A stretch of DNA of 64,000 bases, from the NCBI RefSeq assembly GCF_009914755.1, contig NC_060937.1; one strand, 5' to 3'. Shown piece by piece: positions 48,771 through 64,000 of this stretch; the stretch's first letter is position 1; every line of letters begins with the position of its first letter. Under the pieces are notes generated by a model that saw nothing but the letters and a program-made list of their open reading frames with translations, did not search any database and was not told where the DNA came from. Both the position numbers and the translations under genes were made by a program. Source of the stretch: the human T2T-CHM13v2.0 reference genome, Homo sapiens.

Positions 48771-49914
48771 GTATTATTTTTATTAGTGTTCTATCTTGCA
48801 CTTCTGAGTATGTTTAAGCTTCCACCTGTCAGCTTCAAGGGCTTTTTTCTCCCAGCTAATGCCTAAGAGGCAAACAACCTTATTCTACTTCTCATTCACC
48901 CTCTTCTTTTCCTCCCATTTTTTTGCGGGTTATATTATTTCTACAATGTCAGACCATGTAATATTTATATACTATTCTATCATCATTATCCTCATCTTTT
49001 AATCTTGATGCTACACACAAAATATATTTGATTTGCTCACCACCTGACCTTATGTTGAAGATTTTCCAATCATTTCTTGGTTGTCTGAAATTTGTTCTCT
49101 AGTATACGCTTCAGAAGGATTCATGGGAACAATTATAGCCATTTTCCTTGAATTATTTCATGTTTATAAATGTTTGTCAATGCCCTGAATTCTTGAAGGG
49201 TAGTTTGGTGAGATAGGAATTATTTTATTTCTTTGAATAAATACTTTCTTAATATCTGACATAAAATGTTGCCACCAAAAATCCAATCTGATTTTCTTTG
49301 CAAGTGACCTGCTCTTTTTATTTCCCCCATCAATGCAAGAAGGGTTTATTTTTAAAAATCCAACAATTTTACAGGACCACATCTCAGTGTTAACTGTTGT
49401 GGGTTGATTTCTCCAGGTTTACAGTATGCCTTTCAACATATGTTATATTTAAACCTACTTTAATGTTAAGCGTTCTTGAATTACAGTCCTAATAGTTGTT
49501 CTGGTCCATTGCTTTGGCTTGCTTTGTTTTACTGTAGTAAAATAAGGAACATAAAATTTACTGTTTTAAAGTATTCAATAAGTGGCATTAAGTATATTCA
49601 GTGTTACATAAACATCACCACTATCCTTGGGCTTACATTTGGGGAACTCCATTTATATTTATTCTGGCTCTCTTTGCCTGTCTTGTCACCTCTTGACTCC
49701 TTTTTAAAAATCTTTTTATTTTCTTCATTTTTCCATTTTTCTTATCGTACTTTCTGTGATGTATATTCACTCTTGGTTTCTAATGCAATCATCACTTTAA
49801 ACTGTCTTTTTCTTAATCTTTTATTGAGTTTTGTCTGCTCTCATTGCACCTCCTTCTATGGTCTAGCCATCTCATTTCTTTTTTTCCCCTGAAAACATAG
49901 AAAGAGGTGAATTT

Positions 49915-51350
49915 TATTTACTTTTTTATAATTTCAAGTTCTCTTTTAGATTTGGGGGTACATGTGCAGATTTGTTACATGGGTATACTGTGTAACGCTG
50001 AAGTCTGGAGTATGACAGATCCTGTCATCCAGGTACTGGGCATTATACTCAACAGTTAGTTTTTCAACACTTATTGCATTCCTTCCCTGCATAGTATTCC
50101 ACGGTTCATATGTAACCACTCTATCCCTGATGGACACATAGGTTGATTCCACATCTTTGCTATTGTGACTAGCACTATGATGAACATATGAGTGCATGTA
50201 TCTTTTTGGTAGAACAATTTCTTTTGGATATACACCCAATAATGGGATTGCTGGTCAAATGGTAGTTCTGAGTTTTTTGAGAAACCTTCAAACTGATTTC
50301 CACAGTGGCTGAACCAATTTACACTCCCACCAACCGTGTGTAAGTGTTCCCTTTACTCTGCAGCCTTGCCCACATCTGTTGTTTTTTGACTTTTTAGTAA
50401 GAGCCATTCTGACTGGCGTGAGATGATGTCTCATTATGGTTTTGATTTGCATTTCTCTGATGATTAGTGATGTGGAACATTTTTTCATCTGTTTATTGGC
50501 CACTTGTTCTTTTGAGAAGTGTCTGTTGATGTCTTTTGACCACTTTTTAATGGGTTTTTTTTTTTTTTTTTTTTTTTTTGCTTGTTGAATTAACTTCCTT
50601 ATAGATTCTGGATATTAGACCTTTGTCAGATGCATAGTTTGCAAATATTTTCTCCTATTCTGCAGGTTATCTGTTTGCTCTGTTAATAGTTTCTCTTACT
50701 GTGCAGAAGCTCTTTAGTTTAATTAGGTCCTACTTGTCAACTTTTGTTTTTGTTGCAATTGCTTTTGAAGACTTAGTCATAAATTCTTTCCCAAGGCTGA
50801 TGTCCAGAATGTTTCCTAGATTTTTTCCTAGGATTCTTACTGTTTGAGTTCTTACATTTAAATCTTTAATCCATCTTGAATTGATTTTTGTATGTGGTGT
50901 AAGGTAGAAGTCCAGTTTTGTATGTGGTGTAAGGTAGAAGCCCAGTCTTATACACATGGCTAGCCAGTTATCCCAGCACCATTTATTGAATAGGAAGTTC
51001 TTTCTCCATTGCTTCCTTTTGTCAATTTTGTTGACCAGATGGCTGTGGGTGTACAGCTTAATTTCTGGGCTCTCTATTCTGCTCCATTGGCCTATATGTC
51101 TGTTTTTGTACCAGTACCATGCTTTTTTGGTTACTGTAGCCTCAAAGTATAATTTGAAACAAGCTACACATTCAGTAGCACTGAATGTGTAGCTTGTTTT
51201 GGGCAGTATGGCGATTCTAATGATATTGATTCTTCCAATCCATGAGCATGGAGTGTTTTTCCATTTGTTTGTGTCATCAATGATTTCTTTCAGCAGTGTC
51301 TTGTAGTTCTTGTAGAGATCTTTCACTTCCTTGGTTAGAGGTATTCCTAG

Positions 51351-51396
<46 letters not shown>

Positions 51397-51650
51397 GCTA
51401 TCGTAAACAGGACTGCATTCTTGATTTGGCTCTCTGCTCCAACATTATTGGTATAGAAACGCTACTGATTTTTGTAGAGTTTGTATCCTGAAACTTACTG
51501 AAGTTATCAGTTCCAAGAGCCTTTGGTGGAGTCTTTAGGGTTTTCTAGGTATACAATCAGATCATCAGCCAAGAGAGATAGTCTGACTTCTTTTCCTATG
51601 TGGATGCCTTTTGTTTCTCTTGCCTGATTGCTCTGGCTAGAACTTCCTAC
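49915..51650 (-). mobile_element. 5'-truncated L1 (L1PA/L1PB-age) with ORF2 remnants
   Basis: ORFs 50730-51326 ([25 protein letters not shown]), 50288-50503 ([17 protein letters not shown]) and 51507-51707 (LLADDLIVYLENPK) are L1 ORF2p pieces. Confidence 0.95.
51354..51393. repeat. (TG)n microsatellite
   Basis: Direct reading. Confidence 0.97.
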
Positions 51651-51924
51651 GTATCTCATGTCTGAGCTCTTATTTCTGAATTTATGTGGTTCTTTCAAAG
51701 ATTTCATCTTTTCCTTAAATTCTCTTAGCTTACTCTGAAATATTTAGATTGTCATTTTCATCTGCTTTGTGGCCACATTTTTGGGGTATGTTTTCATAAT
51801 CTCGTGCAATGTTTTATGGCTTATTTTGATGATTTTCTTATAATGATTTAGTGTATATATATATATATATATATATTCCCTTTTCCCATATATTTATATA
51901 ACTATATACTAAAAGGAGGTTCCA

Positions 51925-52212
<288 letters not shown>

Positions 52213-53141
52213 AGGAGGTTCCTATGTTACACTGTATGGACATGCTGGAGTTTAAAAAAATCTATTTCCTAGTGGAATCTGGTTGTTTCCAGTTTTGGCC
52301 ATTACAAATAAAATCGCTATAAATATTTGCAGAGCAGCCAATATAGGTTTTCATTTCACTTTTCATCAGAGAAGCATACAATCATCAAAGGGGAAATTAA
52401 AACCACAATGAGATACCCCATCATACCTCATATAAAGGCTAAATATTTTAACTGATAATGCCAAGTGCTGACAAGGATGAAAAACTACTGGAACTCTCTT
52501 ATCTTGGTGGTAAATTTCAATCTAGAGTGGGCTTGCCAGATCATGTGATAAGGATATGATTAATTTTATAATAAACTGTCAAATTGTCTTCTAGGTGGCT
52601 GTACTATTTGCAGTCTCACCAGCAAGACTAAGGTTTCTCCTTGTTTTGCATCCTTGCCAGGAAATGTATTGTTTGTTTTGACATTCTGAGTAAGAGGTTG
52701 TGTAGTATCTCACTGTGGTTTTAATTTGCATTTTTCCAATGACGGTGGTTTTAATTTGCATTTTCCCAATGACTATTCTATACTTCTTTCATTTAACACA
52801 AAATGGTAACCACTTTCCTATGTCATTCAACAGCCTATGCCACTACTCTTTGAAAACGTTCCTTTTAAAAGGCTGAAAAATATAATGATGGGATGTGTCA
52901 TAATTTATAAAACCATTCTTCTACCATTAGATATTTGTTATTTCCAATTTTTCACAAGAACAAAATTACACTGTGATTATAAAGCTTTGATTCTATCTCT
53001 ATTTCCTTACAAGTTTCTTAGAAAAGGTCAAAAGGTATATGAACTTTTGTTTCTCCATGCATTTTGACAAGCCAACTGGAAGATACAAGTCAAGTGGAAG
53101 ATACAAGCATGGAATCAAGTAATTAAGAAAAATGATTCTCA

Positions 53142-53450
53142 GGCCAGGTGCCGTGGCTCACACCTGTAATCCCAGCACTTTGGGAGGTGGAGGCGGGCAG
53201 ATCATCTAAAGTCAGGAGTTCAAGACCAGCCTGGCCAACATGGTGAAACCCCATCTCTACTAAAAATACAAAAATTAGCTGGGCGTGATGGCCGGTGTCT
53301 GTAGTCCCAGCTACTCAGGAGGCTGAGGCAGGAGAATCGCTTGAACCACGGAGGCAGAGTTGCAGTGAGCCGAGATTGCACCATTGCACTCCAGCATAGG
53401 CGACAAGAGACTCCATCTCAAAAAAAACAAAAAAAACAAAAAAAAAAAAC
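53142..53450 (+). mobile_element. Alu (AluS)
   Basis: Full dimer. Confidence 0.95.
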
Positions 53451-54370
53451 ATCAATTATTTTGCTGTTTGTTTTGTTTTTTGGTATTCCTGATGCGAGAT
53501 GTCTTTATCATGTATTGTTGATTAGGTTGTTCATCAGTTAATCTTGAATAACTGAAATCTAAGCTGAAGGCAATAATACATCGGCTTTCTTTTCATGCAA
53601 GTCAAACTGCTAAAATCTACCACAAAATATTAGCCTTTCATCAGCTTGGTCTTCAGATCCAATACATTTTCCCCTCAAATGAAAGACAATGCAATGCCAT
53701 CCACAACAATGCTAAAAAAAAAAAAAAAAAAAGGAGGAGGGAAACAAGGTTAAGTCCTGTCTTCTTCCTCCTACCCCAAAAAGAGCTCAGAAATTAAGGT
53801 GCTTTCCCTAACAAAGCCTCCTCCTGCTCCATGAAGTGACCAAGCATGTCATGGCAGACCCAGAGATTTATAATCTTCAACATATCGTTATCGGGGAAAT
53901 CAAGATTTGACAAAATTCTTCCTTCACGCCCCGTTTCTGCAAGACCACCACTTTCTAGCTTAAAATAAAGAAAAAAAAAAAGACAGCTGCAGGAATGCTT
54001 GGCTGCCCGCTAATGTACAATTTTGCCCAAACGCAGAACTTGACGCCCACTATTACCAAAGGATGGCCTTAGTAAAGTAACCCCCGCGAAGAGCAAACTG
54101 TTTAGCAGCCGCTCCCTCGAAAAGGACGGAAGAGGAGGTCTCTTCTGAACCTGAGGATAGTAGAGAGGCACTCCCCTTCCACTACTAGCTTTGCTCCTTT
54201 CTCAATCAGGCAGTTCATCAGCTAGCCTCCTTTGTCAAAGGGGGTTGATGGTCAGAATCTTTGCGAGACAAAAATTACTAAAAGAGCTCCCAGGAACCAA
54301 TGTTAAGGCATCAAAGGCCCCGCCCAGCCCCCACAATGATCAACAAACCAAAACCTGGGATCCCTACTAT

Positions 54371-54408
54371 TACCACCACCACAACCATCACCACCACCAC
54401 CACCACCA
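54371..54408. repeat. Imperfect (CAC)n trinucleotide repeat
   Basis: Direct reading. Confidence 0.95.
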
Positions 54409-54439
54409 TTCCTCGCTCTCTCTAGCCAGGGATGAGACT

Positions 54440-55340
54440 CAGGCCCAGGAAACCCATCCTTTCCGCAAGTAGGAAGGCGCTGGGTCTCCTCCCTTAGGCC
54501 TCTCCTTTACCCCATTGTTCTCTCCGGACCCCTCCACTACGGCCAGGCGCTATGTATGTTTTCAACCCCCAAGAAGCCCAGTCCCAGCCACACACAAGAT
54601 GGCAGCCTCACACCTACCGGAGGAAACAGCTGCGCCACCACTCCAGTGATGCCGGCCTCTCGACTACGAGTAACTCCATTGGCTCAGCTACAGTGCGCGA
54701 GACAAGCCGAGAGCGCTAGCAGTCAATCGGGAGGCGGCGCGCTCGGGCGCCACTGCGGTGCCAGCGGTAAGTGCGCCGAGTCTCTGAGGCGTGAACCAGT
54801 GGGGAGTGCGACCAATCAATGGGCTCCTGGCTGGGTGGTGGGACGGCCGGCGTCCGACTCCTCCCATGTAGTGATCGGTTTAGGTAGGTCGGCCTGGTCC
54901 CCGGCGGAGGTTACGCCTTCCCTCATCCCCGGTAGAGGCAGGGCGGGACTGTTGTGGTTGAGATGAAGGCTAGTAAATGGTGAAGTACTTCCCGGCCAGA
55001 GGGCACCTGCGCTCGGGAGGTTTGGGCGGCTTGGCGTCGGAGGAGAGCCCCACCCGCGGAGGAACCCAGCCTTGCCAACGGAGCTGGCGGAGCTCACTCC
55101 TCAGGTCAGGCGGGCGGCGTAGAAAACGCAGCGGAGCCAGGTGAAACCAAGGCACCGCCGTGGCTGGCCCCCGACAGTTCCTCTAGCCGGGAGGTTGGAG
55201 GAGCTGAAAACGCCGCGGAGCCCTCGGCCGCCCGAGCAGGGGCTGGACCCCAGCCCTTGCAGCCTCCCTTCTCCTGGCACCCAAGTGCAGTCCTGGCTGC
55301 AGAAGGGGCCGCGGGCGCACTGAGTTTCCAACCTCCGTTC
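54440..55340. promoter_or_regulatory. CpG island / bidirectional promoter of CAB39L and SETDB2
   Basis: Only CpG-dense non-Alu region; CCAAT boxes in opposite orientation (54678-54682 minus, 54812-54816 plus); YY1-like CAAGATGGC (54595-54603); GC boxes; splice donors point away on both sides. Confidence 0.92.
54618..54670 (-). other. CAB39L: CAB39L exon 1 (non-coding); 5' end approximate
   Basis: Donor CCG|GTAGGT after 54618 (alternative TAG|GTGTGA 4 nt further); identity from the known head-to-head arrangement with SETDB2. Confidence 0.75.
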
Positions 55341-55488
55341 AGCCTGTCTGTCTCAGGGTGCAGCCTTAATGAGAGGTGATTCCTAAGCTGCTGGGAACCT
55401 GAGGTTGTCAAAGGGGCGGCAGGAAATGGACAGCAGTATAAAACCCAGAAGCAGAACTTGAAGGTTAAACCACTAGCCCATTTCACAG
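54910..55488 (+). other. SETDB2: SETDB2 exon 1 (non-coding); 5' end approximate
   Basis: Strong donor CAG|GTAAGA at 55488/55489 at the edge of the CpG island. Confidence 0.8.
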
Positions 55489-55714
55489 GTAAGATTACAC
55501 GAGCCCTTAAATACAGCAAGTTCAGTCATTCATCCAAGATCATGGAGTTCAGATTAGATAGTAACACTTCTGACTCGCTATCAGCCACAGCCCAATAAGT
55601 AATTAAGTAAGGAAAGATATGTAATTAACTGTGCTCTTTGGCATGTGGAAACCTGCAGTGAGCTCTGTAAATACTAACACATGAGGCCAAGGAGAGGAGT
55701 AAATTTGAAGAGGT

Positions 55715-55890
55715 CAAATGGAGTAACCAAAGCATAGGCTCTGAAACCATGCTGCCTGGTTCCTTATTTCGTGTCTGCCACTTACGGTATGGCATTCCTT
55801 AGCTTCCTCATCAGCAAACGAGCTGCTAATTTAACCCACATGACTGTTAGGGGGATTAAATAAGAACACGAGAAGTAGTTAGAAGCGTGA
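55715..55890 (+). mobile_element. MIR
   Basis: 'agcataggctctgaaacc..ctgccacttac..ttagcttcctcatc..ggggattaaataaga'. Confidence 0.7.
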
Positions 55891-56228
55891 CTAACCCGTG
55901 GTTCTTAAGCGTGACTTAACCCGTGGTTCTGTCGTTACAATTAAAACGTAAGGAGCCGAGAGGAAATGGTAAACGTGTTTTTAAAGCCTGTTTTAGAAAC
56001 GAAAAGGAACCATACATTGAAGCAAAGCAGACTGGCTTAATTATTTTTCTACCAAAATGAAAAAGTGAGAAGGGGAAAAAAGTTTTTTAAGCCCATTTAC
56101 TCTCTGAAATATTAACACCAGTTGTCTCTGGATGATGGGATGGTGTTTAAATTTTCTCCTTTATGCTTTATTGTATTTTGCAGATTTTCTCCAGGAAACA
56201 TGTTTTACTTGTGCACGTTCAGTTTTCA

Positions 56229-56723
<495 letters not shown>

Positions 56724-57149
56724 TTAGGTGGAAGTATAAATTGGTAGAACCTTTCTGGAAGAGAGTTTGACAATATGGTATAAAAAGCTTTAAAATGAAT
56801 TCCTTTTTGAACATTTATATATACTTAATTTTTAAAAATTAAGTACACTTTTACATTCTTTTACAGAATTGGTACCTTGTAGATAAAGAGCACAATCCAG
56901 ATTTTGACCTTGAGTTTTTTCTTGCGTGTCAAGGTTATACTTATAAAAACAGTTGAATAGCTTCCCGTATTTTTCCTTCTTGAAAGTTCGTATATGATAA
57001 AAATTCTCCGTTCTTTGAAAGTTTTGTACAAGGAATGTTCCCTCACTCCTCTCCCTCCCTACTCCCGCTGGAGACTTTGGTACAGAGCTTTCAAGTGTTT
57101 TTTAATACTTACACCTTTTAATACTGTTACATATTCTATATAGGTGAAT

Positions 57150-61150
<4,001 letters not shown>

Positions 61151-62103
61151 TGAGGACTCTCAGTTGTGCATTAATCTCCTCTGAGAGGATTCCTGCCCAT
61201 CGTTTTGCTGTTGTGATTGTGGTTGCCATCATCTCTATAGCTTCCCATCTGTTTCCTTTCCCCAGAAGGGCCTTACTGACTTGGCCCTTAGAGAGTTCCC
61301 TTTTTGTTTTCAGCATGGCTATATATATATATTTTAAATCTCCTAACATTTCCATGGTTTGGTGTGGAGGTGGCAGAAGAATTTACAGTATCTTGACTAA
61401 CATCTTGAGAATTAAAATTGTTGATCTATTTTTGACCTATTATTCTACCTCCAGATATGTTATCCTAGGGAAATTGCCAGAGATATGTATAAAGTATATT
61501 TATTTTAGCATTATTTATTATACTAAAAATTAATCTATAAAGGAAAACAATCTAAATATCGAATATAGAGGTTTATATTATTAATTAATATTTTTATTAA
61601 AATTTAATTATTAAAATATTTAATGTACTATAATGTATGCGTTATTGACCAAAGTATGTTATACAGCCAGTTGTATTATACAAAAATATTAGTGATGGAG
61701 GAAAATGCAGGAAATGTTTTTAATGAAAGATTATAAAAAATTAAATATACTACAATCCAAATTTTTGTTTTAAAACTACATTCTGAAAGAATAACAATAA
61801 TTGGTAGTATTCCTTGAATCTTTCGTATGTCAGGCACATTATATGTAATTAAGTCTTGTCCTCAGAACAACCTGTGAGATAGTTAGTATTATCCCCTTTT
61901 TAAAAGGTTTATAAAAGACTTATAAAATGGAGATAGTAATATAAATACAAATATATTAAATATGGGTGATAGGATTGGGTGGGCCTTCTCTAATATTTCT
62001 AATTTTGATACTTTACATATTTTTTCCAGATAACATAATGTTTTTTTGTAATGGTTCATGCTGTTTTAAAAGATCAAGCTGTTATAACAATATCTTATTT
62101 CCT

Positions 62104-62104
<1 letters not shown>

Positions 62105-62136
<32 letters not shown>
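62105..62136. repeat. (TA)n microsatellite
   Basis: Direct reading. Confidence 0.95.
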
Positions 62137-62182
62137 GTGGTCCTTTACAAATATGCACTATTCTTTATTGTTTTCCTTACAG

Positions 62183-62539
62183 AATGTTTCATCCATTTGT
62201 GGACCAAAAGATGGAGTTGGTTTTTATTTTTAAAAAGATAATGTTAATGATCTGATACCACTACAAATATTTACGTGAGAAGATTCATGGACTTGTCTTT
62301 TGGTTGGACTGTCACTCATTTCTGAAAGTTTCTTCAGCCACAATTTCTATTTGAAAATTCAAGTATCAAAGGATACCAGGTTTAGAATGGTATAATGATG
62401 TATTTTGTCTGAGGACTGCAAATTTTATAGAGACCACAGTTGGATTCCAGTGATATTCTGCAATCAAAGTGATTTGATAAACCTAATTTTGAAGCATTTT
62501 ATATTTATAAGCGACATCAAAAGATGGGAGAAAAAAATG
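62183..62539 (+). other. SETDB2: SETDB2 exon 2 (341 nt 5'UTR plus 16 nt CDS)
   Basis: Acceptor ttttccttacag|AATG; donor ATG|GTAGGT. Confidence 0.9.
62524..62539 (+). CDS. SETDB2: First coding segment of histone-lysine N-methyltransferase SETDB2 (MGEKN-G, phase-1 intron follows)
   Basis: aagATGG strong Kozak; ATG GGA GAA AAA AAT G| matches the recalled SETDB2 N-terminus MGEKNGDAKTF; only 16 nt are in the window. Confidence 0.88.
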
Positions 62540-62740
62540 GTAGGTTGAAGAACACACTGTTACACTTTATATCTAAAAGTATAAAAGTATATAGACAATG
62601 TAAGCTGATGTGGAATTGTCAAGGTTTTGCATTGCGAGGAACTTTTCTGAATTAGAGGGAATTAAGGGTTTATTCTTGTATAGCCACCAATTTTGACTGT
62701 CTTTATCATTAGTTGTGAAAAAATTGACTTTTTTGTAAAC

Positions 62741-63062
62741 TTTTTTTTTTTTCTTTTTTTTTGGTGATGGAGTCTCTGTCGCCCAGGCTGTAGTGCAGTA
62801 GCACAATCTTGGCTCACTGCAACCTCTGCCTCCTGGGATCAAGCGATTCTCCTGCCACAGCCTCCTGAGTAGCTGGGATTACAGGCATGTGCCACCATGC
62901 CCAGCTAATTTTTTGTATTTTTAGTAGAGATGGGGTTTCACCATGTTGGTCAGGCTGGTCTCAAACTCCTGACCTCATGATCTGTCCACCTTGGCCTCCC
63001 AAAGTGCTAGGATTACAGCACTTGCACCTGGCCAAAATAGGTGAGCCACTGCACCTGGCCAA
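62741..63062 (-). mobile_element. Alu (AluS) with duplicated 5' tip
   Basis: Antisense dimer; 'gcacctggccaaaata' occurs twice. Confidence 0.93.
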
Positions 63063-63064
63063 AA

Positions 63065-63922
63065 TACTTTTAGTGTTACAGAAAAATTGAGAGGATTGCA
63101 GAGTTCCAGTAAACCTGGTACTTAGCTTTATCTATGATTAACATTTTACATTTGGATGCTACATTTGTTACAATTAATGAACCAATATTGGCACATTATT
63201 ATTAACTGAAGTCCATAGTGTATTCACGTTAGTTTTTACCTGATGTCTTTTTCCATTCCAAGATCCCATCCAGGACACCACATTCCATTTACTTGTCATG
63301 TCTGCTTAGGCTCCTCCTAGCTGTGATAGTTTCTGAGACTTTTCTTGTTTTTTATTTTTTTGGGATTTTGTATCCAAATATTTTGTAAGATGCCCCTCTG
63401 TTGGAATTATTGTCTGATGTTTTTCCATAATTTGACTGGAGCGATGGGTTTTGGGGAGTGTGATCTCAGAGGTAAAATGTCATTTTCATCACATCATATC
63501 AAGGGTACATGCTGTCAGCATGATTTCTCAGAGTTGATATTGAACTTGATCAACAGAGCTTGAGCTGGCTAATGTAGGTGGTGGTATCAAATTTCTCCAC
63601 TGTAAAGTTACTCTTTTTCTCCCATTCCCTGCTATACTCTTCGGAAATAAATCACTATAGGTAGCCCACAGTTAAGGAGTGGGGATTTATGCTCCCCCTC
63701 CTTAAATGTGGAATATCTACGTTAATTATATTTGGAATATTTCTGCAGGGGAGATTTATCTCTATCTCTTCTTCCCTGTTTATTTATTCAGTTAATCATT
63801 TATATCAGCATGGACTCATGGCTATTTATTTTATACTTTTTGAGTTACAAGCCAGTACTACTTTATTTATTTTGTTTTTCAAATTGTCCCGGGTTTGGCT
63901 ATTGGGAGCTCTTTCAGTTGGC
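63065..63922 (-). mobile_element. L1MC/L1MD-type 3' end
   Basis: Reverse-complement similarity to the L1 3' end at 34610-35350. Confidence 0.85.
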
Positions 63923-63924
63923 TC

Positions 63925-64000
63925 TTTTTTTTCTTTTTTTTTTTAAGATGGCGTCTCACTCTGTTGCCCAGGTTCATGTGCAGCAGCGCAATCTTGGCTC
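63925..64000 (-). mobile_element. Alu, cut by window end
   Basis: Poly-T plus Alu 3' end. Confidence 0.9.

Noticed and set aside
50730-51326. Longest ORF (198 aa)
   Set aside because: Fragment of a dead L1 ORF2p, not a host gene.
54191-54472. 93-aa ORF with a poly-His run
   Set aside because: Non-AUG start; the His run is just the (CAC)n repeat; antisense to CAB39L intron 1; no recognisable protein.
54556-55519. Several 60-137 aa ORFs on both strands in the CpG island
   Set aside because: Expected stop-codon scarcity in GC-rich DNA; no domain similarity.
62393-62413. C-box/D-box-like words (ATGATG..CTGA) in SETDB2 exon 2
   Set aside because: Too close together and no terminal stem; not a snoRNA.

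Overview
Human/primate genomic DNA, AT-rich and dense in Alu and L1. It spans the head-to-head 5' ends of two genes that share a CpG-island promoter at about 54.4-55.4 kb. On the + strand is SETDB2: non-coding exon 1 ends at 55488, and exon 2 (62183-62539) carries the start M-G-E-K-N-G, which matches the SETDB2 N-terminus as I recall it. On the - strand is CAB39L, assigned from the known divergent arrangement at 13q14. Its non-coding leader exons lie at about 54618-54670, 44723-44860 and 43955-44030, with candidate internal first exons near 24.4 kb and 11.8-12.2 kb. No CAB39L coding exon is in the window. Almost all ORF-track entries are Alu, L1 or low-complexity artefacts. The main unexpected signal is that CAB39L leader exon 2, and probably exon 3, appear to be carved out of an old, decayed, intronless retrocopy of ZC3H15 (DFRP1, CCCH zinc finger). 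The splice donor is formed from the zinc-finger Cys-Lys-Phe codons, the acceptor comes from an antisense MIR, and a spliced uORF keeps the ancestral frame. Other oddities: a perfect 60-bp inverted copy 2.1 kb from its source, a triplicated L1 segment, and a SETDB2 leader with many uORFs. Gene and repeat names come from recall and were not checked against any database. Repeat boundaries are approximate.
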